From Callorhinchus milii (taxonomy: Eukaryota): DNA of 64,000 nt. Shown here piece after piece: positions 25,293 to 38,858 of the stretch. Positions within the stretch are counted from its first letter, which is position 1, and every line of letters starts with the position of its first letter. The notes below the pieces were generated by a model. It was not told where the DNA came from. It saw nothing but the letters and a program-made list of their open reading frames with translations, and did not search any database. The stretch lies in the NCBI RefSeq assembly GCF_018977255.1, contig NW_024704750.1, forward strand, positions 5,084,001-5,148,000, in the 5' to 3' direction. A program made the translations under genes and the position numbers.

Positions 25293-28200
25293 TTTGGCCT
25301 TTCAAAATTACTGTTTTTTTCCCAGTTTTAAAATTTCTGAATCTGTGTAAAGGAGGTTCAGTCAAATTAATAGTATGGCATTATCCTCTAGTCTAGCAAT
25401 CAATGGTTAATATGTTTGAAGTGTAAAGTGATATGAATGGATTTAGCTTCTGATACAATTACCGCTTTTCCGGGGGTAATAATGCCATTGAAATAAGGCA
25501 AGACTGCTGATTTGCCCAGTCATGATTATTGAACGGAAGTATAATTAAACATATCTTTTGTATCAGCAGATGTACTGCTCTTTTAATAAAAATGCACTCA
25601 GTACTGTAGATAGTTATTGGTGTTTTAAAACTGTTCTGTCCTGTGTCCTCAATTTGTTGGCTGCTTAATATATGTGTGAATACATTCCTTTAGTATATTG
25701 ATTGGTTTGATTCCTTGGCAATGTCATGGTTGCAAAGCAGAGCAAACTAAAGCACACCAACATGGCTCTGCAGCAGATTTATAATCTGACGTAACTGTTC
25801 AAGTTTCAGATAACAACTCTGGTAAAAAAAAATCGGCAATATTTTGCATTAGATGCTCAATGTACTTCTGGAAAATTGTAAAGTTATAATTCACCTGCAG
25901 TGAAGTATTGGTGCCAATGTCATTACATTCTAAGTACTGTTCTCATACCTAGCATGCTCCCGACGTGAAAGGCACTCTATAAATGTAATTTTGTTGTTAT
26001 TATTGTTGTTGGGAGGGAGATTTGCTGAACCTGCTTTCAGAAGTTTGGGCCTAGCTGCCGTTATGAATTTCAGGCATTGAAGTCCTACGACTGTAAGTTT
26101 TCTAACTAGTTCAAGTTTAATGGAAAACTGGTTCCATTGTACTGATAATTATTTAATTTTTCATGTTGCAATGCATATCTCAACAATACTAACAATGGAG
26201 TTTGTGATAGGTACTTTGTAATTCCAAAGCAATTTACGGCCAATTTCTCTCTTGCTGGTGCATTAGACAGAAAAGGCTTGCTTGGAATTGAGAGTTTAGT
26301 CAGGCGTGGCAGTTAATGCTTAAGCTTGGGTAGGTACTTGTAGGTACTTGATCTAAGAATGATAAAGTTGTACTTGAGATCCTCATTGGTTTGATATTTT
26401 GTTATCATTGAAAGTGTGTATCAATAGGTAATAGGGATTTCTATAGCAGCTTTTATCAGTATTCGCGCAGCGCTCCTACTTAAAAGTACAATAATGCTTT
26501 CACTAGTTTTACATCTTCGCAACAGCTGATAGAGTATAGTTCTGTCACTTCATACTTAAAAGATTATATTTAAGAACGACGGTCATTTTAATTCTGGGTC
26601 ACAACCCTGAGTGAGTGGGGAATACAGTATATATCAAGACCGCAGGCTGAAATCATCAGCAGACACATCTGTTGTTTGTGAGAATAGGGAGTCCTATCTC
26701 GGCTTTCTCTGAGAAAACATCATCCTTAAAGTCAAGATTTGAAGCAGATGGATTATTTCAAGGCAGGTTGTTGAGTCGTTTCCTCTTCCTCATACAGAAC
26801 TAATTTTAACTTATAATATTATTCGGTTCAACTTCTCAAGCACATCTTCCGAGTCTCTGGAGAAAATTTGCACTTTGATTCAGCTGTGAACCAAATACAC
26901 CAGTGATCTGACACAATATTTTAATAGTAGCATTAACTCTGACTTCCTCCAATTAATTTTATGTATTGAGCGAGTCCCATTTAATGTATAATTTAAATTC
27001 CCCTTCCATTCTCAACATATCTATTATACAGGAACCATCTCCCCAATGCCAGCCCAACGGTAGTTAAAGTTCCTAATAACCTTACAGATTGAAATCTTGA
27101 AAGTTTGAATACTTTCAAGTATGTGGGCATGTGCTTAAGCAAGTGGTGCTTATATGGATTTTCTTCGGATATTAATTCGGTGATGTAATGGATACATCTC
27201 AGAGTAACTGACAATTACGTGTTCAAGATCAGTTTCAAATAAAACATGATTTATAATTGACTGGTAAATATGTCAATCGTTTAAGCCATACTCAAAAACA
27301 TCATAATATTGATGGCGACAATTTGTTAGCTCCGTATATGGTATTTCTGTTCTATTTGGTGTTGTTCTTGTTGAAATATGGAATTAACAGTTGAATCTCT
27401 TAATTTTCACTCATTATCCTTTACAAGTATGTTGCCCTGGATATTAGTAGGCAATTGTGCTAAGATATTAACACAATTAGTTAACTAATAAAAAAAATTC
27501 CTAAATGCAGAAAACCTTTTAAAATTATTCAACATCCTCTTCCGAATAGAGTATCAACACTGCTAAAAAAAACACTAGAGCAAAAATGCAATGAATAAAA
27601 TGTATGGGAGATCACTGCAGAGTATTGGTTTGAGTATCTATTCCAAAATGCATCAGACTTCTAATGTGGCCTTATTTCAAAGCACAGTAGTCACGTTTAT
27701 TATAATCTCTTCAAAATAAGCATCATAAAATAAGCTTTTGTAAAATAAAAGTGGCAAAAGCTGAATATGCAACAAGGAGAAATGAATGACAGGTTTGAAT
27801 ATACTCCATGGATCTTCTCACAATTGCATAAACCATCAAAAATGATTAGCATTTCCACAGAGGAATCTGGGAGAGGGAGGCAATTATTTTAGGCTAGAAA
27901 ATGAATTTTTTTAATGCGATGTGGTTAGAATTTGCTTTGATAAAGCTGCAAAGGGCACTAATCAAAATTCATTGAAAAAAAATAAAGGGTTATTAACTGT
28001 CAACTTTTTTAAAAAAAGACAAAATAAACGTGACCTTTAAAATGACGAGATGATGTACCATTAATTCAGCGTTCTCCTGCAATACCTAAATTAGGACTGA
28101 CCTGATAAAGTGAATCAATATAAATATCATTGTACATAAATTGACATTTTAATATTTACATACTCTTGGTTTGAGAATAGAAATCGGAGATTGGAGAAGC

Positions 28201-31057
28201 TTTGGTTTGACGCATGATTACTGTGAAAAGATATGATATAAATCTAATTATCGAAGATATATGACTTGCTTTTAAGGTAGTTCATGGAATGCTTGAGCCG
28301 TTTTGTTGCTGCTGCCAAAATGAGATGTAGCATCTGCTCATTAAAACAGCCTATCTGCATGTGGAACAGCCCAAGAAGCTAATTGCAGTTATTTAAATTA
28401 GACAGTCCTTGTGTGTTGTCTTCATCAGAATTACATATTAGCCTTTCGAATCACGAGATCTTTTTTCATGAGCAAGGACACAGAAGAATCGTTAGTTAAT
28501 ATTATACTGTCGTGAATTAACAATATACATGAAATATATCTGATACTGCACACAATAAAAGCACCATACACTCTAGTATTTGACAGAAGCACAGTAAAAA
28601 TTGCACTTCATATATTCTAAGAGAAAATGCCTAATAGGGGTATCCTCCTGTATTAAACATTGTGTTATGGGTTTCAAAACTGGCAAACAGTGAACTGCAC
28701 ATTGAAGGTCACATTTTTGAATTAGACTATACAATGACAAGGTTGGTTAGTAATGAGATGGAAATCACAGATGGCCTTGCAATGAATAGTTAATGTCCTG
28801 TTATGCTTTATTTGATAGAACCTATATTGGAAATAATTCCAATTCAAACGTACCTGGATATTCTTGCATGCCAGCTGACTGAATCTGACTCCCAGAAGTA
28901 ATTGTTAGAATGCACATAAAAGTTCAGGAGATCTCAATGGCATAAATCACAGGATATTATTGACTAATGATGTAATTGACTGACTAACTAGCTGCAGTAT
29001 CTAAAATAAACACATTGATATAATCTGGTATTGCCTATATTTTTTTAAAATGCTAAAAAACAAATTTGTATTTATATGAGCCTTCATGTAATGATAAAAG
29101 CATCTCAAAAAAAATAACATCCTGGTAAGCAGGATTGCTTGAGCAACAGATTTAGGAAATATTTGCTCACAATTTGTGAGTATTGATTTCTCATTGATTG
29201 CCTTGCTTTTCACTGAACCATTTATTCTAGAATGCATTTCCCCCTAAGGATAATGGATTGATGAGTGATGGATTTGTAACCGTTGTCAAATAATAATGCA
29301 GACTGATTTAATGAAAAAAAATTTCAAGAAAGAAAAACAATAACTATGTCCCAATTCAGTTTAGGTGGATTAAAAACACAGAGCACAACGCTGTATGATA
29401 TAATATTTGTAAAGACCTCAAAGTTAGCTGCAATCCCATGTTATATGTGATTTACAGTGGACAAACAATGGCATCTCAGAAGAGATCATTAAAAAGTCCA
29501 TTTGCACTCCCCAGTATCATCAGTATTGCAAAGGATATGCGACCTGGCCTGCTTTATTCTCACGCTTAGCAATGGTGCTTGTGTGATGCTAACAGCCAAG
29601 TTTTTGTGCTGTGGTAATGATGTGATATTCTATTTCCATTAATATCTCCTTGCCTTACAGTAGAGTAGAAATAGATTATTTATTTAAAACAATCATTGAG
29701 AAAGCCTGGTGAATAGCTTTCAGGGCACCCCAAGGTTGAACACCAGGAGCGAGAAATAAATCAAGAAGTGATTAGGTGACAACAAGCTTAAGGTTCAAGA
29801 GTCTGTAAATTGTTTGAGGAAGGCAAGGTAAGGAATTCTGCAGTCTTCAACACCTGAGAAAGGAAATACAGAAATACCAATCGTCACAGTGATCTTTATT
29901 TCTGCATTACATTAGGGCTAAAGTTGAAGTACTACAACTAATCCCAGTCCCTTTGGATTAGAAAGGAGAATATCAATCGTGATTCTCGCTCTAATTGCTA
30001 TCTAGAGATATCTGAATTGGAAAGTGTGCTCATGTGGATGTCAGATGCCGATGGAATTAGAATTGCCTTGACCTTGAACAGACTGACAACTCATACCTGC
30101 ATAATAATAGCGGTTTCTGGGACACACTGGGTTGATGAACAATGTGGGACTGTCGAACTGTATCCCAGAAGGAAAAAAAATGTCAGCAGAGGAGAATGAG
30201 GAAATTGAATATTGCGGTAAAGTTGGAAGCAATTTTATTTTTTGTCTACAGCAAAAACGTCTTTTTTTTTCTCATTTAGATGAACAGCACGGACATCTGT
30301 AAGTTAGAAATATAGCAGTGGCATGACAGTCTCACAACACATACATTTAGAATTACATTGGATCTAAACCAAGGAAACAGGCCATTTATCCCAACTAAGA
30401 ATGGTACTTAACATAAATGAAACATTGTTAACTATTGATAACGGTATGATTTTACCTGTCTTGTCTGGATTTTGTTTTGAATGGTAGTACAGTACTTATA
30501 TAAACTGGTTGAACTAACCAATTAGTTAGGACCTATATTCCCAAAGTTCTTCTACGTTTAAAACATTTCAAACATACTGTAATTGGCAGAGACATAGTTA
30601 CTGTATATTTTGAAAGCAACAAAACAGTTCATGTCAGCAAATGTGCAAAACAGACCAAGAGGCGATTGAGGTCTCCACACCCCATTACCCACACTGCATA
30701 AGATTTACAAATGATTCTGAATCACTCATACAACATACATAAATTTAATGTAACTACTTTATGTTAACTCTGTTTGACAATGCAGTACACGTACAATAAG
30801 ATGATGCATAAAAAGTTGCTGACAGTTCCCCTTTGCCTCACTGATGACCTTGCTCATGATAAAATCTTGTGATGTCTGGTGCTGAATCCTGAATGTGATG
30901 TATTACTGTACACAGTAAGTATTAGTATTCTCAGAACAATGTCAGCATTTGACTCAAATTTTTTTTGTGTCTCTTGACAATATTGAATATGCCAAAATAT
31001 TACTGAGCTTCTTTTATTCATTTGACCCATTGATAGTTGACATCAATCTTCCTGTCA

Positions 31058-31488
31058 ACAGCAACAACAACAACAAGATTCCATTTATAGAGCGCCTTTC
31101 ACGTCGGGAGGACGTCCCAAGGCCCTGGACAGTTGGGTCAGGACCCGAGCAGGGGGGAAATGGTCAGGGTGAGGGGAGGGAAGGGAGGGAGCGAGGAGGG
31201 GGGAAATGGTCAGGGTGAGGGGAGGGAAGGGAGGGAGCGAGGAGGGGGTAGAGAGTCGAGAGGGGAGCTGAAGGCACGGTCAAAGAGAAAGGTCTTGAGA
31301 CCGGCCTTGAAGGAGGAAAGGGAGGAGGCGGCGAAGGCACTGGGGGGTGAAGTTCCAGAGCCTCGGGGCTGAGAGGCTGAAGGCCCGGCCACCGATGGTA
31401 GGGCGATTGGGGCGGGGGGTGTGGAGCAGACCGGAGCCAGAGGAACGGAGGGTACGGGCAGGTAGGTAGGGGGATAGTAGGTCGGAGT
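31058..31488 (-). mobile_element. L2-clade LINE 3' fragment (young subfamily)
   Basis: Reverse complement of the 5853 copy, with an approximately 48-bp tandem duplication in the 3' UTR. Confidence 0.88.
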
Positions 31489-32591
31489 GGTCACCCACTT
31501 TTACCATAGTTTGGACACATTTGACTGATTACAGTACTTCCAGTGTGACATTGCTGTCACTCCCCCCTTCTGCTGCTTTTTGAAGAAACGCCTATTGATT
31601 AAATACTACAATGTGCAAATATCCAAAAGATGTTGGGTATAAAATGTCACAATTAATACTCAAATTGGTAGCCTATACGATGTATAGTCAGACATTTTGA
31701 TACAGCATCCTAATGTGAAGGGTGCTATGTCAAATGCAAGGATTATTACTCACTAGTCAAATATTTTTGTATTCAGTCAATGATCAGTCGATATCCTCCA
31801 AATACTGTATATTATGTAGATTTGTACATTTTCATCCTGATTTACCTTTTACAGTAAATTGACCTCTGAGTCCACAATTAGTATTGGAGCAAATTGGCAC
31901 GCTGGCTTGTGAATTGAGCATGTTTCAGGTTTTTAATTGTATCAGATTCTGTTGCATAACATTAATTTCCCTGCTTGTCACCACAAAACTAATGGACTTT
32001 TAAATGACTTTCTGATGGAAATGTGAAGCTGTAACATTGAAACAGATCCAAAGGGACTTCCTGTCAGATTCAATGACAGCTCACAAAGTAGGGCACTGTA
32101 AATCTATAATTTAAATATTTTAAAATTGATTTATACCATCTGATTTTAGCTTCAGCTTCAACAGTCAACGGAACATTGTGTGACCTTTTTGATCAATTTA
32201 ATGTGATGTCTCTAAACCGGACGTACAGTGTCCTGGATAACCTGTCGTGTTTCAGTGCATCAGTGATTGAATTTAGTTGATTCATATGTCTTAATTACCA
32301 AAACAATTAATTTCTATTGAATGTAGGCTTGTTTGGAAATGGGCTTGCAAGTTCAGCTTGAATTTAACTGGGTTTGGTTGAAGGTTGCAAGTTCAGGCTT
32401 TTTTTTAATTGCGTTTTATTGAGTGTCCCAGAAACTGAAGTAATGGTGACACATGAGCAGCAAATCAGTTCAACATCTCAAATGTTGATGTGTGATTGGA
32501 TGAATGCTCGTTGACGAATGAATGAATTTTGACGGCCCTTTAAACAAGAATCAATTAAAGTGACGACAGATTTAGCTGCAGATACCCCAAA

Positions 32592-33497
32592 ATGCAGGGT
32601 AAGTCCATCAACTTCACCAGGACTGAAATCTATCCTCATTTCAGACATTTGAAGCAGGGGACGAAAGAGAGTGGAGAAAACCGTACATTGAACTCCTCCA
32701 CTTCCTCCTGTTATCCATACTCTGACGGAGGCAGTGATAGAGAGAGCATCTCACATTTCCACAGAAGGCAGTCTTTTCGATCAGAAGAGGATAAGCATGA
32801 AACCCAATGCAGCTCCAGTGAAGATAGCTTTGATCTCACCATTAAAGGGTCAAAAGCTAAAAGCTCAGTCCCTGACTCAAATCAACTGAAGCGCAGATCC
32901 ACAAAAGGTGAAAAGAGCTACACTGGTTGGCGCTATTTACATCCAGGAAAAGCCAAAAGCAGGGGTGGTAAATTACGAAATTGCAGGGAGAAGCCAAAGA
33001 GCATTGAATCCTCCCAATCAAATCTCAGATTCGTGAGTAATGGCTCTTCATTGTCCTCTGGTTTAGTAGAAGAAAAGATAAAAGCCAAACTGAAATTTTC
33101 CGAATTTATTGATGAAGTGACAATCCGAGTTTTGGATCCAATGAGTCTGAAGGCATTTGGAGTACAGAAACCTATAGATTGTGAGCTGCCCCTGGTTGAT
33201 ACATTTTTGGGGGAGCATCAAAATATGCAGCAGATACAGATGGTCTCTCATCAACTGGACAGTGCAGGAAAAGCCTATCTTGAAACTGATATAGACAGCG
33301 TCAGAAGTGAAGATACTGAAGGTGGAGCACCGGAAAATTCAGTCAAAGGTGTTCAAGACGCCAGCAATTACGCGGAGCACCAAACATTGAAAAAATTTAA
33401 GATAACAAGGCCATTGACTCCCACTGCGCAAATGTCAAATCCAAGAACATCTTTCGCAAAATGTAGATCTTACTCTTTACCCAGAAGTAATAGTATG
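32592..33497 (+). CDS. BEGAIN: Large putative first coding exon of a long BEGAIN isoform (302 codons)
   Basis: Open frame from aaaATG to ...SLPRSNSM|GTAAGT; the phase-0 donor joins in frame to the 29-bp exon at 33891. Ser-rich, with an ordered-looking motif KAKLKFSEFIDEVTIRVLDPMSLKAF. Confidence 0.75.
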
Positions 33498-33890
33498 GTA
33501 AGTTTTTTTTTGTACCTGTTTCATATTTTGCAAGTTAATGGTCAAATTTATTTTGAGCACTAGCTCTTAAACATTGCGATTACTCTTGCTCAAATAGTAT
33601 CTTTGCTTTCAACTGATATTTCAGTTGTTTGTATGAATGTATTACAATATGTAAATGCTGGGAGACTCAAAATGTGTTTATAATTATAGTTTGTGGTGCG
33701 GTGTTATGATTTATTGAGCTGTGTTGCAGCAATTAGCTTGCAAACAAACAGATTTTCTGCTAAAGTCTGTATTTCCCCATGTCAATATACAACCATTATT
33801 TTGCTGAAGTAGATAAACGTACTGAAGTTGTAGAGGTGCTTAAACATCTTTGATCTGCTCATTTAATTTTGCCCATTTAACTTCCTTTAG

Positions 33891-33919
33891 CTCTCGGTTG
33901 AAGAAATGGACAGAATCAG
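33891..33919 (+). CDS. BEGAIN: BEGAIN 29-bp micro-exon (LSVEEMDRIS)
   Basis: cttcctttAG|CTC...ATC AG|GTCAGT; corresponds to mammalian ASAADMEKLS and supplies the phase 0 to phase 2 bridge. Confidence 0.82.
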
Positions 33920-34129
33920 GTCAGTGTAACCAAGCTCTATATTTTGACAATTTTAAATACAAAGAGGGAAAATCCATACACAAATAATAGAGTTCTACAC
34001 CACTTACTAATCCTATGATATATCCACAGGCCATTATTTTACATTGGATAGATCCTAGGCCTTCATTTTACTGTCAGTTTAATACAGAATGAAGAGAAAC
34101 AAGCTGAAACTGCAGCTCATGTTCACTCC

Positions 34130-34598
34130 CGAACTAAGCTCCGTGAACCAATCACCCCCTTCTTTGTCCAGCTTCACTGGCTCCCCATACCCCAGAGCAT
34201 CAAGTTCAAGATCCTCATCCTCACTTTTAAAGCCCTCCATGGTCTTACTCCTCCCTACTTCTGTGACCTACTAAAACGTTACCAATCTGTCCACTCCCTC
34301 TGCTTGGTGAGCACTGGCCTGCTCCATTTCACCCGCCCTGCCTACTCCACCATCGGTGGTCGGGACTTTAGTATTTCTGCCCCCACCCTCTGGAACTCTA
34401 TCCCGGAGCCCCTCTGCCTTGCCCCTTCCCTGGCCTCCTTCATGGCCCATCTCCAGATGTTCCTCTTGACCTCCTTCGCCAACCCTCCCTGCCCTCCAAC
34501 CCTCCTCATTCCAACCCAGGCTCGGGTGCAAATTATTATCCAGCGGTTTGGGACGTCTTCCCGACTTGAAAGGCGCTATACAAATGTATTTTGTTGTT
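34130..34598 (+). mobile_element. L2-clade LINE 3' fragment (older)
   Basis: LHWLP...IKFKIL...GGRDFSISAPTLWNSIP and the same tail. Confidence 0.82.
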
Positions 34599-35224
34599 CC
34601 TCTTTAATTGACTACAAAGAATTAGGATCTCATAAGGTACCAAAATATCTCAATTATCTTCCCCTAAGGAAGTGTCAGTAAAATCTAGAGTGGAGAGGAA
34701 GAGAAAAACTTTTAATGTTGAAAAGGAAGATGTTTCTGGATTGATATTATGTACCAAATCTGAAGTGTCTATTTTAACTGATATATTAAATACAAAAACA
34801 ATTTACAGTACAAGAAAAAAACAGATTCCAGATTGTCTGTATGGTATAATAGAAACAAATATAGTAAGTAGCCAAGCACTCAGGTGCTATCATAGGATAG
34901 CAATTTATAAAATAACTTTTAATATTAGTTATTCCAGAAAACAGGGAACCACTTTCCATACCATAATAGCTTTGACATTCTAGCTTTATAAAATAACTAT
35001 AATTACATTAAGTGAAGCTAAAATCTTTTATTTAAATGCATTGGCTTTGTTAGTCAAAACTAATCCAAATATTTGTACGGAAGTACTGTACTATCATTCA
35101 AGATAAAGTCTTACAATAAAATAGAAAGTTCTTAAGAGACTTATTATGACAAATTGAACAGTAGGATGGAATGTTTTTGCTGAACAAAACACTTAGGTTT
35201 GAAAGTAAAATAAGTAGCAAGTCA

Positions 35225-35753
35225 TCCTGTAGTCCCTCCACCTCGCCACTTCCTTTGCCTCCTTCAAGACTTGTCTCAAGACCCTCCTCTTCGACCATGC
35301 CTTCGATCATCCTCCTTCCCCGAGGCTCTGGAACTCTATCCCCCAGTGCCTTCGCCGCCTCCTCCCTTTCCTCCTTAAAGGCCGGTCGCAAGACCTTTCT
35401 CTTTGACCGTGCCTTCAGCTCCCCTCTCGACTCTCTACCCCCTCCTCGCTCACTCCCTTCCCTCCCCTCACCATTTCCCCCCTCCTCGCTCCCTCCCTTC
35501 CCTCCCCTCACCCTGACCATTTCCCCCCTGCTCGGGTCCTAACCCAACTGTCCAGGGCCTTGGGACGTCCTCCCGACGTGAAAGGCGCTCTATAAATGGA
35601 ATCTTGTTGTTGTTGTTGTTGTTGTTCCCCCCTGCCCCCCACCCTCCCCGATTCCGACCCACAGCTCGGGTCCGAAACGCTGATTCTCCAGCGCCTTAGG
35701 ACGTCCTCCCGACGTGAAAGTTGCGATACAAATGTAACTTTCTTGTTGTTGTT
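35225..35753 (+). mobile_element. Nested L2 fragments: a young copy (about 35322-35624) inside an older copy
   Basis: Two successive L2 tails; ttcccc on both sides of the inner copy. Confidence 0.82.
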
Positions 35754-36901
35754 ATAATATTTGTATAGAACAACATTCTGAATGTGTTAAGTCACATCCG
35801 TAACAATTGAGCATTAAACGACACAGTAAATCATTGTTGAGAGTTGTACATGTAAATGATTGTACAGTATTAACATTCCATTTTCAGTACAAGCAATATA
35901 GAATGTCATTAAATCCAATTCATTCCCTATGAATTTTTATTTCATTAGAATGGCAGGTTCACAGTCTTGCATGCTTGGATTCACAAAGAATGAATGATCA
36001 GTACAAGTATTATCTAAATACAAAAGAAAGGTATGATTTATGTCAGCAGTGAACTCATTTCCCAATGTCCAGATGACTAACTCTGCTTACTGAGCTTCAC
36101 AACATCCATCAATGTCACTCGGGAACGCATATCTGAAAAATCCATTTATTACCACTTTTCTATTATTTGGAATCTGGATTTCTCCAATAAAAACACTGTA
36201 TGGTATTAGAGACAATCTTTTTAAGCTTAAGTACTGTGACACCTTTAGTTTTAATAAGGATCCACATCACACAGTTTCCAATCCTCACTGCCTTTTCCAC
36301 AGCAAAATCTTTGCACAACAGTTTTCTTTAACTGTTTTTGGCAGTTTCAATTTTAAGAACATGATGCACCATGGAAATTTCCCCGGCCGAGAATCTCAAT
36401 TTGGGCTCAACTGACTCAGTTTTCTCATCAACACTGGCAATATTATTTAATTTGCCTTATCACTTACAAGCATATAATTAGTAGTGTATAACTAAACAGT
36501 GCATATCACCATAATAGCAATTATTCCTCTGAGCTGATATATTGTTATTCACTGACTGTAATTATATGGACCTACTTGCATTTTGATATCCTGTTGCAGA
36601 ATGAGAGTATGACAGTGATGGTGTTTAGTTGATGGAAGGATGCTTTAAAACCAAGGATCATGAGCCCATGATTGTTTTTTTCCTTTTATAATGAAATATG
36701 TATCTGATCTGTGTGTCTGGTAAATCCGACTCAAAAAACTAATGACCTGGAATCGCACGATAATACGTGTGACTGAAACGTGCATACTAGTCAACATATT
36801 CTTTACAATAATGTTTTGGAAGAATTCACTATGTAATTGCAATATGTGTATATGGAAGAGAAAACCAACTATGAAATTATCATAAATACATTTAGTTTCA
36901 G

Positions 36902-37063
36902 TTCTTTGGAAGAACAGAACGACGACCTGCAGAAACTATTGTCTTACACTGCGCACACACTGGAGTTTCAGGAATCGGAATTTGAGGCAGCAAAGCAGAT
37001 CCTGGAGACAGAGCTGGACGGCGCTCAGGAAGAGGTGATCAAACTGACCGAGAAGCTGCAAAG
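36902..37063 (+). CDS. BEGAIN: BEGAIN coiled-coil exon
   Basis: 162 bp, SLEEQNDDLQKLLSYTAHTLEFQESEFEAAKQILETELDGAQEEVIKLTEKLQR; similar to mammalian ALQEQKGELRKRLSYTTHKLE...VTEKLRR. Confidence 0.92.
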
Positions 37064-37399
37064 GTTAGTTTTCGGGGGAAAAAAACAATCGTAGCATCAA
37101 TCTACAAATAAAAATAGCAAAATAACAATGCTATTTGTATCTTCAGCGCCGTTACCTTGAGATTATTATAGCCATCATTACCCACAAAATTTTAAATGGT
37201 TTACGTCTGAGCCTTCAAGTGATTTAATCTGTAGACTGCAAACTTTTCTGTCATTAATGTCTGCATAACACTTTAATGACTACAGTAGTTGCCAAAACAA
37301 TAAGAGTTGTCAGAATGTCACTAATTTTAGCACTGTTTTTTTTTAAAAATCGAGATTTACACTCCAGTGATCTCCGTGGTTTGGGATAATCAAGGGGAG

Positions 37400-37567
37400 T
37401 TGAAAGAGATCTTGGGGTGTTAGTTAGCTCATCACTGAGCAGTGTGGGACAGTAATAATCAAAGCAAACAGGAATCTGTACTACATTACCAAATCAGTCG
37501 AGTTCAAAATCCCAGTAATCAGGCTGAAACTGTACAACACTTTGGCCAGACTGCCTCTGGACTACTG
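37400..37567 (+). mobile_element. CR1-clade LINE ORF2 remnant; CR1-like 3' remnants also near 2700-2870 and 50640-50800
   Basis: gaaagagatcttggggtg (ERDLGV), aaagcaaacagg (KANR) and a degenerate RPxLEYC-like segment. Confidence 0.6.
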
Positions 37568-37645
37568 CAATATAGCCATGAAGATAGAATGAAGTAAGCC
37601 TTTCCTTCACTGTTAATGCTATGATGTTATGTTGGTCTGCTTTAG

Positions 37646-37712
37646 GGTACAAAACAGCCATGCAGCACTACAGAGAATTAACCAGGACCTTGAAGACAAA
37701 CTTCACATGATG
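37646..37712 (+). CDS. BEGAIN: BEGAIN exon
   Basis: 67 bp, AG/GT flanked, VQNSHAALQRINQDLEDKLHMM (ALQRINQxLEDKL motif). Confidence 0.93.
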
Positions 37713-38436
37713 GTGAGTGAAGAGCAAGGGTGCTCAGCATAATGCAATCCTTGCTCCCCGATCCTGACTCCCAACTTGGGTCTGAAACACTGATTGTCCA
37801 GCACCTTGGGATGACCTCCTGACATGAAAGGCACTATACAAATGTAATTTTGTTGTGTTAAGTGCTACTAGCTATAATGAACAACATATTGAGTAATTGA
37901 TTCAAACAATCTATGTAATTTGAGTTCAGATAGCCTCCTGTACAAGTAGATTAGTCTTTTGGCTGTTACTTTTATTGGACTATATGCATACTGTCTGTCA
38001 TAAATTACACATCATTTATTATTTTTGGTATGTCATAACAATGGTCTACAATGTTACAGTTTGTATGATTCAACGTGGATAATACAATGTTGTGTTTAGG
38101 CTTATTGATAGCACACGATAAACTCGCTTAATGACCATTTATATAGTCTTTCAAGTATTAGTTGAAGGGATAATAATCCAGATTGAATCTTTTAGATGGG
38201 GTGATGACACAAAATACCATGATATTTACACACGCAACAATCGTAATGAAAGTGACGAAGTGCCACTGGTAGACTGCAAAGTTGGAACATCACACTTACT
38301 AGTGTTTCTGGGCTGTCAGGGGATTTAGCTGCGATGAGCTGTAAATTACATGTATGAGTGATATTTTTGCCAGTTAGATTTTGATATTGCAGTTAGTGTT
38401 TTGTTTTGTTATTGGTGGCATTTTTGCTCGTCTTCT

Positions 38437-38858
38437 ACAACAACAACAAGGTTGCATTTATAGAGCGCCTTTCACGTCGGGAGGACGTCCCAAGGCGCTG
38501 GACAGTTGGGTCGGGACCCGAGCAGGGGGGAAATGGTCAAGGGGAGGGAAGGGAGGAGCGAGGAGGGGGTAGAGAGTTGATAGGAGAGCTGAAGGCACGG
38601 TTGAAGAGAAAGGTCTTGAGACCGGCCTTGAAGGAAGAAAGGGAGGAAGCGGCGAAGGCACTGGGGGATGGAGTTCCAGAGCCTCGGGGCTGAGAGGCTG
38701 AAAGCTCGGCCACCGATGTTAGGGCGGGGGATGTGGAGCAGACCGGAGCCAGAAGAACAGAGGGTACGGGCAGGTAAGTAGGGGGATAGTAGGTTAGAGA
38801 GGTAGGAGGGTGCAAGGCTGTGAATGGCCTTGTAGGTGAGGATGAGGATCTTGAATTC
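38437..38858 (-). mobile_element. L2-clade LINE 3' fragment (young subfamily)
   Basis: Reverse-complement similarity to the 5853 and 31058 copies. Confidence 0.87.

Noticed and set aside
26993-27214. 73-aa ORF in the DLK1-BEGAIN interval
   Set aside because: Non-ATG start, no splice context or recognisable similarity.
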